Source: Chrysochromulina tobinii
Taxonomy: Eukaryota
Direction: 5' to 3'
Length of the DNA: 64,000 nt
NCBI GenBank assembly: GCA_001275005.1
Contig: JWZX01002904.1
Coordinates: forward strand, 1-64,000
Both the position numbers and the translations under genes were made by a program. The number at the start of each line of letters is the position of its first letter. Position 1 is the stretch's first letter. The notes under the pieces are model-generated. The model made no database searches and had not been told where the DNA came from. It saw only the letters and a list, made by a program, of their open reading frames with translations. Below are positions 31,222 through 42,640 of the stretch, in pieces.

Positions 31222-33985
31222 TCACGAAGCGCGGTAGATGGGCGCCCAGCCCATCGCCGCAAAGGCGCTCGCGCTGCCCTCGGCCACAGGGGCGAGCCTA
31301 GCTGCCGTAGTGGCACAGGAAGTTAAGGGGCCGGCAAAAGTCCGGTGCTGCCCGAGGGGTGATGGCGGGCTTGCCTTGGGTGAGCCACGGCGACTGGAGT
31401 CGGCGCTGCCGGCCCTTGTGCTGAGGCCGCACGCGCGGCGCGAGTTAGGCGTCAGGTGGTGGCCAATGGCATCCAAGGCAGCGGAGGCGGCTGCTACGAG
31501 TGCGTCGTTCCGCACGCAAAGGCGGCCGTCAGTCGCGCTCCCCTTCAGGCGGAGGCGCTTCAGAACTTCGAGCGCGCCCTGTTGCATGATCAGCCGTGGA
31601 AAGCTTGTCGGATCCCCGTGCAGACTGCATGAGGCGAATGCCGCGAGGGTGCTGATCGCGAGGACACGCACCTCATCGCACGTCTCTTCCGACTGGAGGT
31701 GCGCCACGAGAGGGGCGACGCACTGCACGAGAGGCGTCATGTCGAGCGGCGCGGCGAGGTCAACTCCGAGCTCCGAGGAGATCGAGGCCAACTCCGAGCT
31801 CCTACCCGAGATGGCCTCTGCGGCCTCCAAAATCTCCGAGGTGCTACCCGAGATGGCCTCTAAGCTCGCCGGCGTCTCCGGCACGGCGAAGCAGCGTCGC
31901 GGCACGTCGGGAAGCAGCATCTTGGCGGGCGCACCCACGACGACGCGGCGACAGTAGCCGACCCAGAGCGAGCCCGGGGCGACGCCAAAGTTGGGAGTTC
32001 CCGGAGCTCCCGGGCTCAGGTGCACCATGGCTGCCATCACTGAGGTGGGAGTCACCACGAGCTCTTCCTGCGCCTTCACCTCCTGGGCCGCACACGCCTT
32101 TGCCTTTGAATGCTGCTGCTGCGCTTCGCGCGCCTCCTCAAGCACGCGCGCAGCGTCGTCTACAGCCGCCGTCGCCACTTGAAGGATGCACTTCAAGGCG
32201 ATCCTGAGGCGCTTGCCCAGCAGCCCTGTGGAAGGCACCTCGAGCATCCTCACCAACTGCGCAGGCGCGGCGGAGGAGCGCAGCAGCACACCGACGCCCG
32301 AGTGAGGGGCGGCGCATGCATGCACAACTGCACGCATCGCCGCTTCCCCAACAGCCGGAACTGCATGCAATCCGAGGGCGCAGAGCTCCTCAAGGGGGTC
32401 GGGCGAGCCGGTGGCCCGCGCGCCGGCCGAGAGGACGCTCAACTGATAGCGCGCCGCGGGGGCGGTGAGCAGGGTGCCCAGGCAGCGCAGCGCCTGCCGT
32501 GGGGTGGGGGGTAGGGGAGCAAGGGGGAGGGAGAAAGGGGCGGGGCGGAACGTGTGAGAGAGTGCGGGTACAGAAGGCGGGAGATCGCGGGAGATCGCGT
32601 GAGATCAGGGACGAGGCCCGGGGGAGAGGGGGCAGGGGGGTGAATGGCACCTGCTGGAGCTCCTGGTCATACGCCTCATGGGCGCCGTCGGCATTAACCG
32701 CCTCCTCCGAATTTTGACGAATCCTGCCTTCGCCCTCGGCGCGTTCGCCCGAGGTGCTCGAGCCGGACATCGAGCTGGACATGCGCACGGCGCACATGAA
32801 ACTCGCTACGACGCCTGGCCGTTCAGAGAGCAGCCGCTTGGCGAGGGGGTCGAGCGCGAGGTTGGCGAGCGCCCAGGCCGATTGAAGCCGGACGGCGGCC
32901 TGCGGGCGCACGAGCAGCTCGAGCAGCACGGGCAGCGTGCCCGGGCTGCGCACCAGCAGCGCCGCGTGCTCCGCGTCGGCGGAGATGGCGGCGAGAGCCC
33001 AAGCCGCTTCCTCCTGCGCCTCGCTCGAGACGGCGCTGGCATGACGGAGCACGGCACTCACCGTGCCGGGGAAGCGGATGGCAAACGGCGCCGTGTCGGG
33101 CTCAGTGCACAGCAGGCAGAGCAGCCAGGAGGCGACGCCGGCTGCTCGGCACGACGCGACTTGACTCGGCACGGCACTGATGAATGAGCTTTCCGTGAAT
33201 GAGCTCGCCGTGAGCAGCGCATGCAGGCAAGCATCGGTCGTGAGAGCGACGAGCATCGAGCGGTCCTCACGAAGATTCGTCAACGCTTGGAGCGCCGAGC
33301 ACACGCACCGAACCGGGAAGGCACACGACGGGTCGACTCGAATGTCGTCGGCAGCCTCGGAAGTGGCGCTTCGCCCACGCGCCGCCACCGCGTCTGCAGC
33401 CAAGGCCGATTCGTCCTCGTCGTCGTCGATCATCATCGCGTCCGCGTCCGCCGCGCAGCCCACGGCCCCGATCGCCGACGCAGCCGCGGGCATCTGCGAG
33501 ACCATCAGTCGGACGAGCGCCGCGACGGCACCCTTCTCGATCAGCACGGCCGTGCCCGCGTCGCAGATAGCGGCGAGGTTGCCGAGGGCGCGGGCAGCCT
33601 CGAGGCGGAGCTCGAGCGGGTAATCGGGGCTGCCGCACTGCTCGCACCACGTCTCGATCGCGCGCGCCGCCACCAGCAGCTCGATGAGCCCGAGCTCCGA
33701 GCAGCCGACAGCTCCGGCGCTCACGCAGTACTCGGCGAAACGCGCTAGGGCGAGCGACGCCGAGGCGCGCGCGACGGTCGCCACCGCCTCGGATCTCATG
33801 AGCGCCACGAGGACTTGCATAATGCTGGACACTTCCTGCGGACTGCTTCGGAGCGAAGCGAGCCACAGCGGTGGGCGTTCCTCATCCGGCGTGGGCTCCA
33901 TCCCCGCGTCGATGAGCATGGTCGATACAAAGTCAACCAGCTCGTGGCTCTGGTTGGAAAGCTCTGGCACCCATATCTTGAGCAT
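31222..33985 (-). CDS. Armadillo-repeat protein, 2 exons (33985-32651, 32493-31222)
   Basis: ARM-like helices EAARALGNLAA, EEAAWALAAIS, QSAWALANLA. Intron 32494-32650 (GTGCCA..CAG) gives ELQQ|ALRCLGTLL in frame. Confidence 0.75.
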
Positions 33986-34288
33986 AGAGGGGCTGAGGAG
34001 GGAATGCCTCAGCGTCTCAGTGGTCGGAATCTCGTGCTCTCGTCGCTGGGCTGGAGTCCGGGCCCGGAAGGAGCATGAGCGGGTTTCCGTGTCGGGTGAT
34101 CCAGGGCGCGCACTGCCGGTTTGTGCCATCAACCTCGGCCTTCAACCTCGGCCAGTACGCGGAGTGAGCCTGTATCGTGTTACCCACTTGTTGCAGACTC
34201 GCGTTCTGAGACCTTCTCTCAGGAGCCCGCCGCGCCTTGCCACAAGTTTAATTCGTGACGTCAAAAGCACACTGAAAGTTAATGGATT

Positions 34289-34350
34289 CACGTTCACGTT
34301 AATTTTCCATCTCGGCAAGACGCACAGCCACAGGTCCCGTGGAGACACAA
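34289..34350 (-). mobile_element. Short retroposon-like insertion (SINE or 5'-truncated LINE tail), copy 1
   Basis: Reverse complement matches 59202-59270; flanked by the 10-nt direct repeat TTAATGGATT (34279-34288, 34351-34360). Confidence 0.7.
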
Positions 34351-34981
34351 TTAATGGATTACTTTGCGCAGCTCACATGACGAGACTCGTTTTGGCGACT
34401 CTGGCACTTCGTCCATCTCGATACTAAACTTGGACAGCGGTCAGCGCACGATCCAAGTCTATTTGTCAAGTCCACGACCCACAAGAGTCGTCAAATAAAG
34501 TCGTCAAGTCCGAAGTCGAAGTCCGTATAGTTCGAACAACGTAGAAGAAGGCTTCCTGTATCATTGCCTGTAATATGCATATCCAATATTAAATCCAATA
34601 CGATACTGATAGCTTAAGGTTACCATATGTTCGGGCGTGATGAAAAAAGTCGACTTCAGACTTGACAGAGATCGCGAACACGAATCACGATCCATACAGG
34701 ATACACGAAGTCTTCGTCAAGACACCCCCACAGTCGCTCGGATCACACACCGGATGATCTCGACCCGGATTAGACCCGGATCCCATTGAGGATCCCACCG
34801 CCGACCAACAACGCAATCGCCGGAAAATCTCCTACCCGCTACCGTACACTAGGCGGTGCACGTGGAGGTGTGCCACATGTGCACGTGGAGGTGTGCCACA
34901 TGTGTGCGTCCTAGTGTGCGTACTCAAGGCCCACCGCGCGCGCGCTCGCCGATCGCATGCAAGCCCGCGTCGTCGCATGCC

Positions 34982-37057
34982 TCACGTCCACCTGACGATT
35001 GGGTGCGCGCGCGTCATGTTGAGGTCGATGCGGTGGCCGAAGAGGGCGCGGATGTCCTTGAACTTGTACTTGATCATCGTGGGACGCTCGAGCGCGAGGC
35101 CCCACGCGATCACCGACAGGCCGTCGGGGAAGCCCATGGGTTTGAGCATCTCCGGCCGGAAGACGCCCGAGTTGCCCACCTCGACCCACTTGTTGAGGGT
35201 CGGGTGCCAGCAGCAGAACTCCATCGACGGCTCGGTATACGGGTTGTACGTGGGCTTGAACTTCATCTCGGCGAACTCAGGCCCCAACCGCTTGTAGAAG
35301 TCCGCAATCGTGCCCATCAGGTGGCCGAGCGAGAGGTTCTCGCCGATGACGAACCCCTCGACTTGGTGGAACTCGGCCAGGTGCGTCGCATCGAGCGCCT
35401 CGTTGCGGAAGACGCGGTCGATCGAAAAGTACTTTTGGGGCGTGACGGGCACACCCGTCTTCCGGAAGTGCTGCGCGAGCTTGTACAGCGTGCGCGACGA
35501 GACCGCCGTCGTGTGCGTGCGCAGGAGATTTTGGCGCGTCACCTCCTCCGACCAGTCGTACTGCCAGCCCGTCGAGTTCGAATTGAACTCCTCTCCCAGC
35601 TGCGCGCCGCCGTTCTCGTGCGTGGCCTTGACGCGCGCGAGGTAGTCCGGCGGGATCTTGAGCGTCTCAGAGGGCGTCGACACGAAGAAGGTGTCCTGCA
35701 TGTCGCGCGCCGGGTGCTGCTGCGGCTGGTACAGCGCGTCGAAGTTCCAGAACGATGACTCGACGTACTTGTTGGTCTGCATCTCCTCGAAACCGAGCTG
35801 CAGGAAAATCTCGCGGAAGAGCGTCTTGACCTTCAGGATGGGGTGGAGCGCGCCGCCCGTCGGTGGCTTGCCCGCCGCATCGAGGTTGAGCGGCTTGAAG
35901 ACTGCGCCGCGCCACGTGCCCTTGACGAGCATCTCGTGCGTCAGGTCGGCGAGGGCTTTCTGTCCCCACGTCTCAAATGTCGGACCAGGAGTCACCTTGA
36001 CGGACTTGAGCGTGACGACGGCGAGCAGGTTGCGCTTCTTAAGCAGCGCGAGCTCCTCCGCGGGCAGGGCGCTCTCCGCACCACGGGCGTCCACCACCAC
36101 CTTGAGCTGCGCCTGGACCGAGTCCGTCACGCTCGGCACGGCGCGCTTGACCCGCTTGATCGCCGGCGGCTTCTTGGCACCTTCGGCGGCGGGCGCCGCG
36201 TCTGCGGGCGCGTCCTCCTTGAGGACCTCGAGCCACTTGTTCTGCACTGCCTTGGCCATGCCCACCTTGCCCGCCGCGCCCGCCGCCACCATCAGCTCCG
36301 TCTCAAGGATCCCGTCCCCCGCGGGCACGAGCGCGAAGACTCGCACCTCCGGGCTGCCGTGCTGTGCGCACTGCAGACCCTCCTCGCTCAGCTGGACGAC
36401 GGTTCGCGAGAGGTTCTCGGTCGCGATGTTCTGCGCGCTGCTCAGGCTCTTGCACACGCCAATGAGCGCCGCGTGATCGAAGACGTGCTGCTCGGCGAAC
36501 GCGAGGCTGTCCGCGATGACGCCATCCTTCTCGAGCGCCGCCTTGAGCGCGTCCTCCATCTTGTCGGTGCCGCCTGCCGACGTCGCCGCCGCCTTGGCCG
36601 GCGCTGCCTTGACGGGCATCGCCGCTGCCTTCGGCTCCTTGGGAGCAGGCGCGGCAGGCGCGGAGGGCGGCGGCGGCGGCGGCATCTCCGCCTTGGGCTC
36701 CTTGGAGGCCTTCTCCTTCGGCGGCGGCTTCTCCTTTTCCGGCTTGGGCTCCTTTTCCTGCTTTTCTGGCTTGGGCTCCTTGGCGGCGGGCGGGGGCGGC
36801 GGTGCAGCGGCGGTGGCAGCGGCGGGCGGCGCCGAGAGCTCTTCGATGACGCCCGGGAGCGACGCGATCCGCGTCTTGTTGAACGTGGCGATGTGGTTGT
36901 ACCAGCGGCTCGCATTCGGGTACTTCTCACCCGGCTCAGATATGGCCTTGAAGAGTGAAATGTCCTTCTTGGTCGGGATGAAGCCTTCGATGTACGCCAC
37001 GGTCGTCATGTGCGCCTCCAGTTTGTCGAACGCCATCAGGGATTTCAGAGACGCCAT
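34982..37057 (-). CDS. FARSA: Cytosolic phenylalanyl-tRNA synthetase alpha subunit with N-terminal EF1B-beta-like (GST_C-like) domain
   Basis: [88 protein letters not shown]-terminus [15 protein letters not shown]...[12 protein letters not shown]. Confidence 0.95.
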   Translation of the reverse strand: MASLKSLMAFDKLEAHMTTVAYIEGFIPTKKDISLFKAISEPGEKYPNASRWYNHIATFNKTRIASLPGVIEELSAPPAAATAAAPPPPPAAKEPKPEKQEKEPKPEKEKPPPKEKASKEPKAEMPPPPPPSAPAAPAPKEPKAAAMPVKAAPAKAAATSAGGTDKMEDALKAALEKDGVIADSLAFAEQHVFDHAALIGVCKSLSSAQNIATENLSRTVVQLSEEGLQCAQHGSPEVRVFALVPAGDGILETELMVAAGAAGKVGMAKAVQNKWLEVLKEDAPADAAPAAEGAKKPPAIKRVKRAVPSVTDSVQAQLKVVVDARGAESALPAEELALLKKRNLLAVVTLKSVKVTPGPTFETWGQKALADLTHEMLVKGTWRGAVFKPLNLDAAGKPPTGGALHPILKVKTLFREIFLQLGFEEMQTNKYVESSFWNFDALYQPQQHPARDMQDTFFVSTPSETLKIPPDYLARVKATHENGGAQLGEEFNSNSTGWQYDWSEEVTRQNLLRTHTTAVSSRTLYKLAQHFRKTGVPVTPQKYFSIDRVFRNEALDATHLAEFHQVEGFVIGENLSLGHLMGTIADFYKRLGPEFAEMKFKPTYNPYTEPSMEFCCWHPTLNKWVEVGNSGVFRPEMLKPMGFPDGLSVIAWGLALERPTMIKYKFKDIRALFGHRIDLNMTRAHPIVRWT

Positions 37058-37263
37058 GGCGCAATCGCCGACTCAGAAAAGACCGCGTCGATGCCGCGAG
37101 AACGTGGACGAGCGTGTGAATAGCTTCGAAAGTGTGAACAAGTCTGCTCATGGCAAGCTGCAACTAAGACGTGTGAATGGCTTACGTGTTGTTGTACATG
37201 TATTCATAATGAATGAAACAGCTTTGTGAGCATGCAGCCTTTGCAAGCAATTTGCCCGCCCGT

Positions 37264-38479
37264 GATGATGACCACGGCGGTCCTCATCTCGGGCGGCGTG
37301 TCCAACCTCGCCTCGTTGCGAGCCTTCCGCGACTCGCTCATCACCAACCTCATTGGCAAGAGCGAGGACGTCGAGTTCCACCTCTTCTTCTACGTGCGCC
37401 TTCCGTCCGACATGGACAAGGAAGAGCTCGACCAGGAGCTCAAGCGCACAGGCAGCGATCGCGTGTGGATACACCGCATCACCATCGAGGACGAGTCGAA
37501 CACGAAGAATGAGGCACAGATCCGCGTCGACCACCCGCACTACAACTATTCGGCGCCGTTCGAGTTCAACCAGTTCAACACGCTCTCCATGTACTGGAAG
37601 CTGTACGTGGCCGACCAGTTCCGCCGCCGATACGAGTTCGAGACGGGCGTCACCTTCGACGCCGTCGTGCGCATCCGGCCCGACCTCGTCCTGCACGACG
37701 CGCTCGACCTACGCACGCTCGACCTGCGACGAGCGGACATGGTTCACGTACCATGGTTCAACAGTTCGATGCGACTCGCCTTCGACCAGCTGGCCATCGG
37801 GCCGCCCGAGGCGATGCGCAGCTACGCCAAGGCGTACTACAACGTGCCGTACCTTACCGAGTCGTCCGCGCTCACTCTCGGCTTCCACCCAGAGCACACG
37901 CTCTACATGCACCTCCAGGACGCGGGCCTCTCCTTATGCAAGCTCCAGTGCTCCACGTCCATCGCTCGCCGCAACGGCGACGGCGTCGAGATGGTCGACT
38001 CATTCGCGCGCCTGCGCTCCGAGTTCGGCTCCGCTGCCCTCGCGTGCGAGGAGGAGTTCGTCACTGGCCCGCGAGCTCGAGCATCGGCGAGCGCGAAGGC
38101 GAAGCAAGCTGGAAGCCCAGGCTCGCCGCTCCTTGCTTCCCAAGGCGCGAACGTCATGGCGCCCGGCCTCGCCGAAGGGAAGCCGAGCGACTGGCTCGCC
38201 GCACTCCTCGTCCCGCTTGAGCACGCGCAGTCCAAATTAGGCCACCTCGAGGCTCGATTAGGGTCGCTCGAGGAGCATGCACAACGTGAGGCGCGAAACG
38301 CCGCCGAGCGCTTGGGCACTGTGTCCGCCGAACTCGCCGACGAGCGCCATCAGCGAGCGCATGCCGAGGCGCGCCTTGCCATGGCCGAGCGCCACGCCGC
38401 CGAGTTACGAGGGCTGTGCCTCGCCGTGCTGCTCGTGGCGGCGATCTCGACCACGGCAGTGGCTGCGCGCCGAAGTTAG
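37264..38479 (+). CDS. Uncharacterised glycosyltransferase-like protein with C-terminal coiled coil and TM anchor
   Basis: AVLISG..., SMYWK...RRRYE..GVTFDAVVRIRPDL, DQLAIG..AMRSY, HPEHTLYMHL; hydrophobic C-terminus. Confidence 0.6.
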
Positions 38480-38668
38480 CGCGAGACAGCGCGAATGTGA
38501 GACCTGTAAAGACGGGCCAAGAACAAAATATTTCGCGTTGTGCCGGTGTCGATCCGATCCGGGGAGTCGAATTCACCGTAGCAACGCAGCTGTGATCGAC
38601 TGCTGTGCTGTGACTAGGTGGGCAGGGGCCGTGAGCAGTTTCCCACGGGGTCGCGGTGCCTGCCGCAA

Positions 38669-40480
38669 ATGGTCCTCCTCCACGTTCTCGATCCACCGGC
38701 GCCCACCCCCAAGGGATTCCAGCCGATCCCGAATGTGTCGGCGGCGGAGATCGAGAAGAAGGCTGCGGCCACGTGGCTCAGCGAAGTTGTCGCGTCTCGA
38801 ACGGAAGCGCGCAACGAGGAGCAAGCTGAGGCAATCCGGATGGTGTGCAGCCTCGCTGCTTCACTGCCAACTCTTACCCAGGGCCAGCTGAACTCTGCGC
38901 GTCCCCGCCTCTCACCTCATCTCTCCGGCATTGCCGGTGCAGCCTCATCTCGGCCCAAGCTGGATCACGCTGCCCAAGCTGCTGTGCGGCCTAGGCTGGA
39001 CCCTGCAGCCCGACCCGCTGCGCTCTCGTACCAGCACTGGCGAGAGCCTGCGGCCTCACCATTGGGGTCGCCAGTGCAGGCCCGCGACCGCCGTGAGCCG
39101 GCCACCTTGCACTGGGCGCCGAAGGCACTTGCACGAGCGTCTCTGACGGCGCCAGAACTTGATCTGAGCGTATCGGAGGCCCTGCCATCGCCAGCGAAGA
39201 GTCCCAAGCCTTCGTCGAGCCCAACCGAACGTCCATTGCACCTTGTGAATCTCGAGGGGCTGCAGCCAAAGGCGGCGTCCCTGCTGGAGCTGCGGCCGCG
39301 CGCAGACGATCTGGGTGCCGCCTGTGGGCCTGCGGGCTTAGGCGCGCGCGGCGATGAGGAGATGGACGAAGTCGAGGAGGAGCGACTGCGGCGGCAGCAC
39401 GAGCTGATGCACAAGGCACCCCTCGCCTCGCGCAGCGCCGCCGCGCTACCGACCAGGGGGGGCTCGCGCGCCACCGCCGACTCGCCTCTGCTTCGCCACG
39501 TGTCCACAGCCCCTCATAATCTCGCCCATAATCTCGCCCATAATCTCGCCTCCGCGGGCACAGACCACTCCGCAGACCACTGGGGTGCTCAAGACAGCGT
39601 TCTTGGCGCCAACGTCCCCGCGACGAGCAGCGGCGACAAGCAGCGTGCGCCCCGCTCGAGCTTGCTGCGCAGCACGAGCCATGAGATGCTCCGATTGCCG
39701 ACTCCTCACGACTTGCGGCGCGCGACCTCCTTGGGGATGCTCGTGCCCCCCGAGCCGCCTACGGATGTGCAACGAGCGCTCGCGTACGACAAGCAGCGGG
39801 AGCGACCGTTGAGTGTACAGACATCGCCGGCGCCCGTTCGCTTCTCGTCGATTGCGAGCCGCCAAAAGTCCCCACTCGAGTTCCTCGCCTCGATCACAGA
39901 TTGGAGTCGTGCGACGACCCCGTTCACACCGATGCCCGGATCGGCGCATGGCTACGCCGCTGGATTGACCGGCACGACGCGTCCGCAGAGCAGGCTCATG
40001 ACGCCCCGTGGCCGCCGCCAGGAGGCTGCACCGCAGAGCAGGCTCATGACGCCCGACTGGCCGCCATCGCCGTCCACGAAGCCGGGCACTCGGCTCAATA
40101 CGGCAAGCCGGCTCAGTACGGCCAACAGCGTGCGGAGCCCATCGACGCGAGTGGGTATGCGAGGGGGTACAGCGGCCTCCTCCCTGTCGGGTCGACGCCC
40201 CTTGCCGCTGCCGCCGCCGCCGCCGCCGCCCGCCCGTGAGTGGGTCAAGTTGCAAGCTGCTCTCAAGTGCATCCAGCCAGCGGAGGACACCCTAAGCCAA
40301 ATCCGGATGAGAAACGGTCGGCCGCTCTTCAGACCTCCCCGGGAGCCGCAGATCAATTTCATCAAGGCCCGCCCTGTGCCTGCGACCATCCCCGAACTGA
40401 ACTTGCTGGATGTGCCGTGGCGCAAGCCATTGCAAACTCTTGACAGCCGACAGGAGCGCTCGCTTGATTTTGGACTTTAA
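38669..40480 (+). CDS. Hypothetical low-complexity Pro/Ser-rich protein
   Basis: About 600-codon open frame between recognised genes; no recognisable domain. Confidence 0.6.
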   Translation: MVLLHVLDPPAPTPKGFQPIPNVSAAEIEKKAAATWLSEVVASRTEARNEEQAEAIRMVCSLAASLPTLTQGQLNSARPRLSPHLSGIAGAASSRPKLDHAAQAAVRPRLDPAARPAALSYQHWREPAASPLGSPVQARDRREPATLHWAPKALARASLTAPELDLSVSEALPSPAKSPKPSSSPTERPLHLVNLEGLQPKAASLLELRPRADDLGAACGPAGLGARGDEEMDEVEEERLRRQHELMHKAPLASRSAAALPTRGGSRATADSPLLRHVSTAPHNLAHNLAHNLASAGTDHSADHWGAQDSVLGANVPATSSGDKQRAPRSSLLRSTSHEMLRLPTPHDLRRATSLGMLVPPEPPTDVQRALAYDKQRERPLSVQTSPAPVRFSSIASRQKSPLEFLASITDWSRATTPFTPMPGSAHGYAAGLTGTTRPQSRLMTPRGRRQEAAPQSRLMTPDWPPSPSTKPGTRLNTASRLSTANSVRSPSTRVGMRGGTAASSLSGRRPLPLPPPPPPPAREWVKLQAALKCIQPAEDTLSQIRMRNGRPLFRPPREPQINFIKARPVPATIPELNLLDVPWRKPLQTLDSRQERSLDFGL

Positions 40481-41457
40481 GTTATTTCTTAGAGCGGACG
40501 GGGACGGCGTACGGGGCACGCGGGGACCCGCAGACTCTCGGGGCACGCGGTCCCGCAGACTCTCGGCACTCTCGGGCAGACCGGCAAGGCAATTGCGGCA
40601 AGGTACCGGTCGGGTCCGGCCGCCGGGCGTTTCGCGTTACGGGAGGTACGGGTACGCCGCCGCGCGCGACCGGCGCGGCGGCATCCGTGATCCGACGCTC
40701 TCTCCGCTACTCTGTCCGTACTCTCCGCCGGCGATCGCATCGAGAACGGATGTGACGGACCGGATCGAAGTTGTAACGACTAACGTTCGTACAATTCGGA
40801 TACAATTCGAATTCATATCGATATAACAGTAAACTAGATTGCGCTCGGCTCTCGCGGACCGGCCGGCCGCGGCGCCCGCCGCGGCCACACGCGGCATAAC
40901 GGACCCCGCGCCGCCACCCACTTTCATTACACTTTCACGTCACAGCAGAGCGCCACAGGCGGTCGCCCGGGTCGCCTCGCCGGAAGCCTCGGGCGCGCAC
41001 GCCCCAGGCTGGACACGCCTTAGACACGCCTGGCCGGGCGGTGCCGGTTCGGTAGCGCGGCGCGCGGTGGCGGGCCCGTGGCGGCTCGCCGACGGCACCG
41101 GCCGCACGCCGGGCGGCGACCGAAAACACCGACCGCGGATGACACTTCCCTTCACACTAGACACAGGCGTGAGGCGATGCCGACATCCCAAGATATGCAC
41201 GTTATGAAGCGAACCCGTCGGAGACGCGGCGCGGAGAGGCGCTCGGCGTTATAGCTCGACGGCGTCGCGGGCACGCAACGGCCTGAACAACGGCCCTGTG
41301 AGGTTCGCGGTCTGCAGCGCGGCCCTGAAGTTCACTGGGCACCCATCTGGGGTGCTCCGCCCCCCACGGGGTGTGGTTGGGAGGCGCTCGGACCAGCACG
41401 CTGTCTTGGCTCTTGTCTTTCTCCAACGCCAGATTTCGGCTGCAGAGGTGCAGAGGC

Positions 41458-42441
41458 TCATTGGGCACTTATGGGCACAGTGGCAGAGCGCCCTCCTTTC
41501 TGCTCTTGCTCCGATTTGGCAGCTGGCATCTTGAGAAGCTCTCGAGTGTAATTGAACAAGTACGGAGTCACAAGCTGTGTCCCTACGTACGCCCACAGGT
41601 GAGCAACTGGGACGAGTGCGCCGAGTACTGGCATCAATGCAGCGAAACCAACCCATCCAGAAGTTGATAGCGAGGAGAACAGGAGGTATAGTGCTGCAGC
41701 AATAAAGCAGGTATTCTTGCAAATGCTCAACATTCGACCCCATCCTTGAATGACGTCGACAAAAAAGAGCTGCGCTCTTACGGTCGGCAACCAGAAGCTC
41801 ATGATCAGGTACATGCCAGACATGTAAATGAGATGGCAGATAGACATAGATACTGAGAGCATGAGCGAAACATACGCCACGATACTGAGCGCTGTCTTCA
41901 CGTCATATGACGGTGCTTCCGTCTCGGCGTAGATGAACTCCATATCCAGGCTGGTTGAAGCAGCGATCGGAAACATTGTGCTGAAGACGAGAGCTGTCAC
42001 GACGCCTTCACTTCCAAAGTATCCCAAATACTGATCGACAAGCTGCTTGCCAAGTTCCTCAAATTGCGCGACCTCTGCGGCTCCAATATGACCATCGCCA
42101 TTCTGGTCCAATTGCACGATTCGTAAGAGTGAGAACATTCCCTCCCTTCCTCCAAGATCACCCATCACTTTCCAAGCCAAAGCGGGGTTCCCCTTGTTCA
42201 GGACATTGACCAGCTTTGTCAGCTTCTCTCGCGCTTCATTCACGATCGTACGAAGCTCCTCCTCCGAAATGTGTTGGCTGGAAGTCATGTCGTGGTGAGA
42301 TCCGTTCTGCGGTTCCGTATCTCTCGGATAAAAGGTGACGACCTCGGAGGGTTTGGAGAGACCCTGGTAGCCCTTTGTATGCTCGTGCCGTCGTTGCGAT
42401 CCCAAATTGGAAAGGAAGGTCTGTAACTTCACGCGTGCCAT
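41458..42441 (-). CDS. Hypothetical multi-pass membrane protein with one EF-hand; low GC
   Basis: 327-aa ORF; EF loop DQNGDGHIGAAEV; about 4 TM segments starting GVVTALVFSTMF. Confidence 0.7.
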   Translation of the reverse strand: MARVKLQTFLSNLGSQRRHEHTKGYQGLSKPSEVVTFYPRDTEPQNGSHHDMTSSQHISEEELRTIVNEAREKLTKLVNVLNKGNPALAWKVMGDLGGREGMFSLLRIVQLDQNGDGHIGAAEVAQFEELGKQLVDQYLGYFGSEGVVTALVFSTMFPIAASTSLDMEFIYAETEAPSYDVKTALSIVAYVSLMLSVSMSICHLIYMSGMYLIMSFWLPTVRAQLFFVDVIQGWGRMLSICKNTCFIAAALYLLFSSLSTSGWVGFAALMPVLGALVPVAHLWAYVGTQLVTPYLFNYTRELLKMPAAKSEQEQKGGRSATVPISAQ

Positions 42442-42640
42442 GCAACGTCACCACTTTCCAACTCGAGCGTGTGTTTACGCCGCTCGACCTCCACTCTCTC
42501 GAGACTCGTAAGATAATGTTCTGTTTCAGAGTCCACATACCTCACGATGACGAAATTCGGATCGGCGTGATGGGTGTACCCGGTAATGTCGGTGCGTCGC
42601 CCACGTCAGAGACTATAGATGTAGACAGTTGACCAATCAA

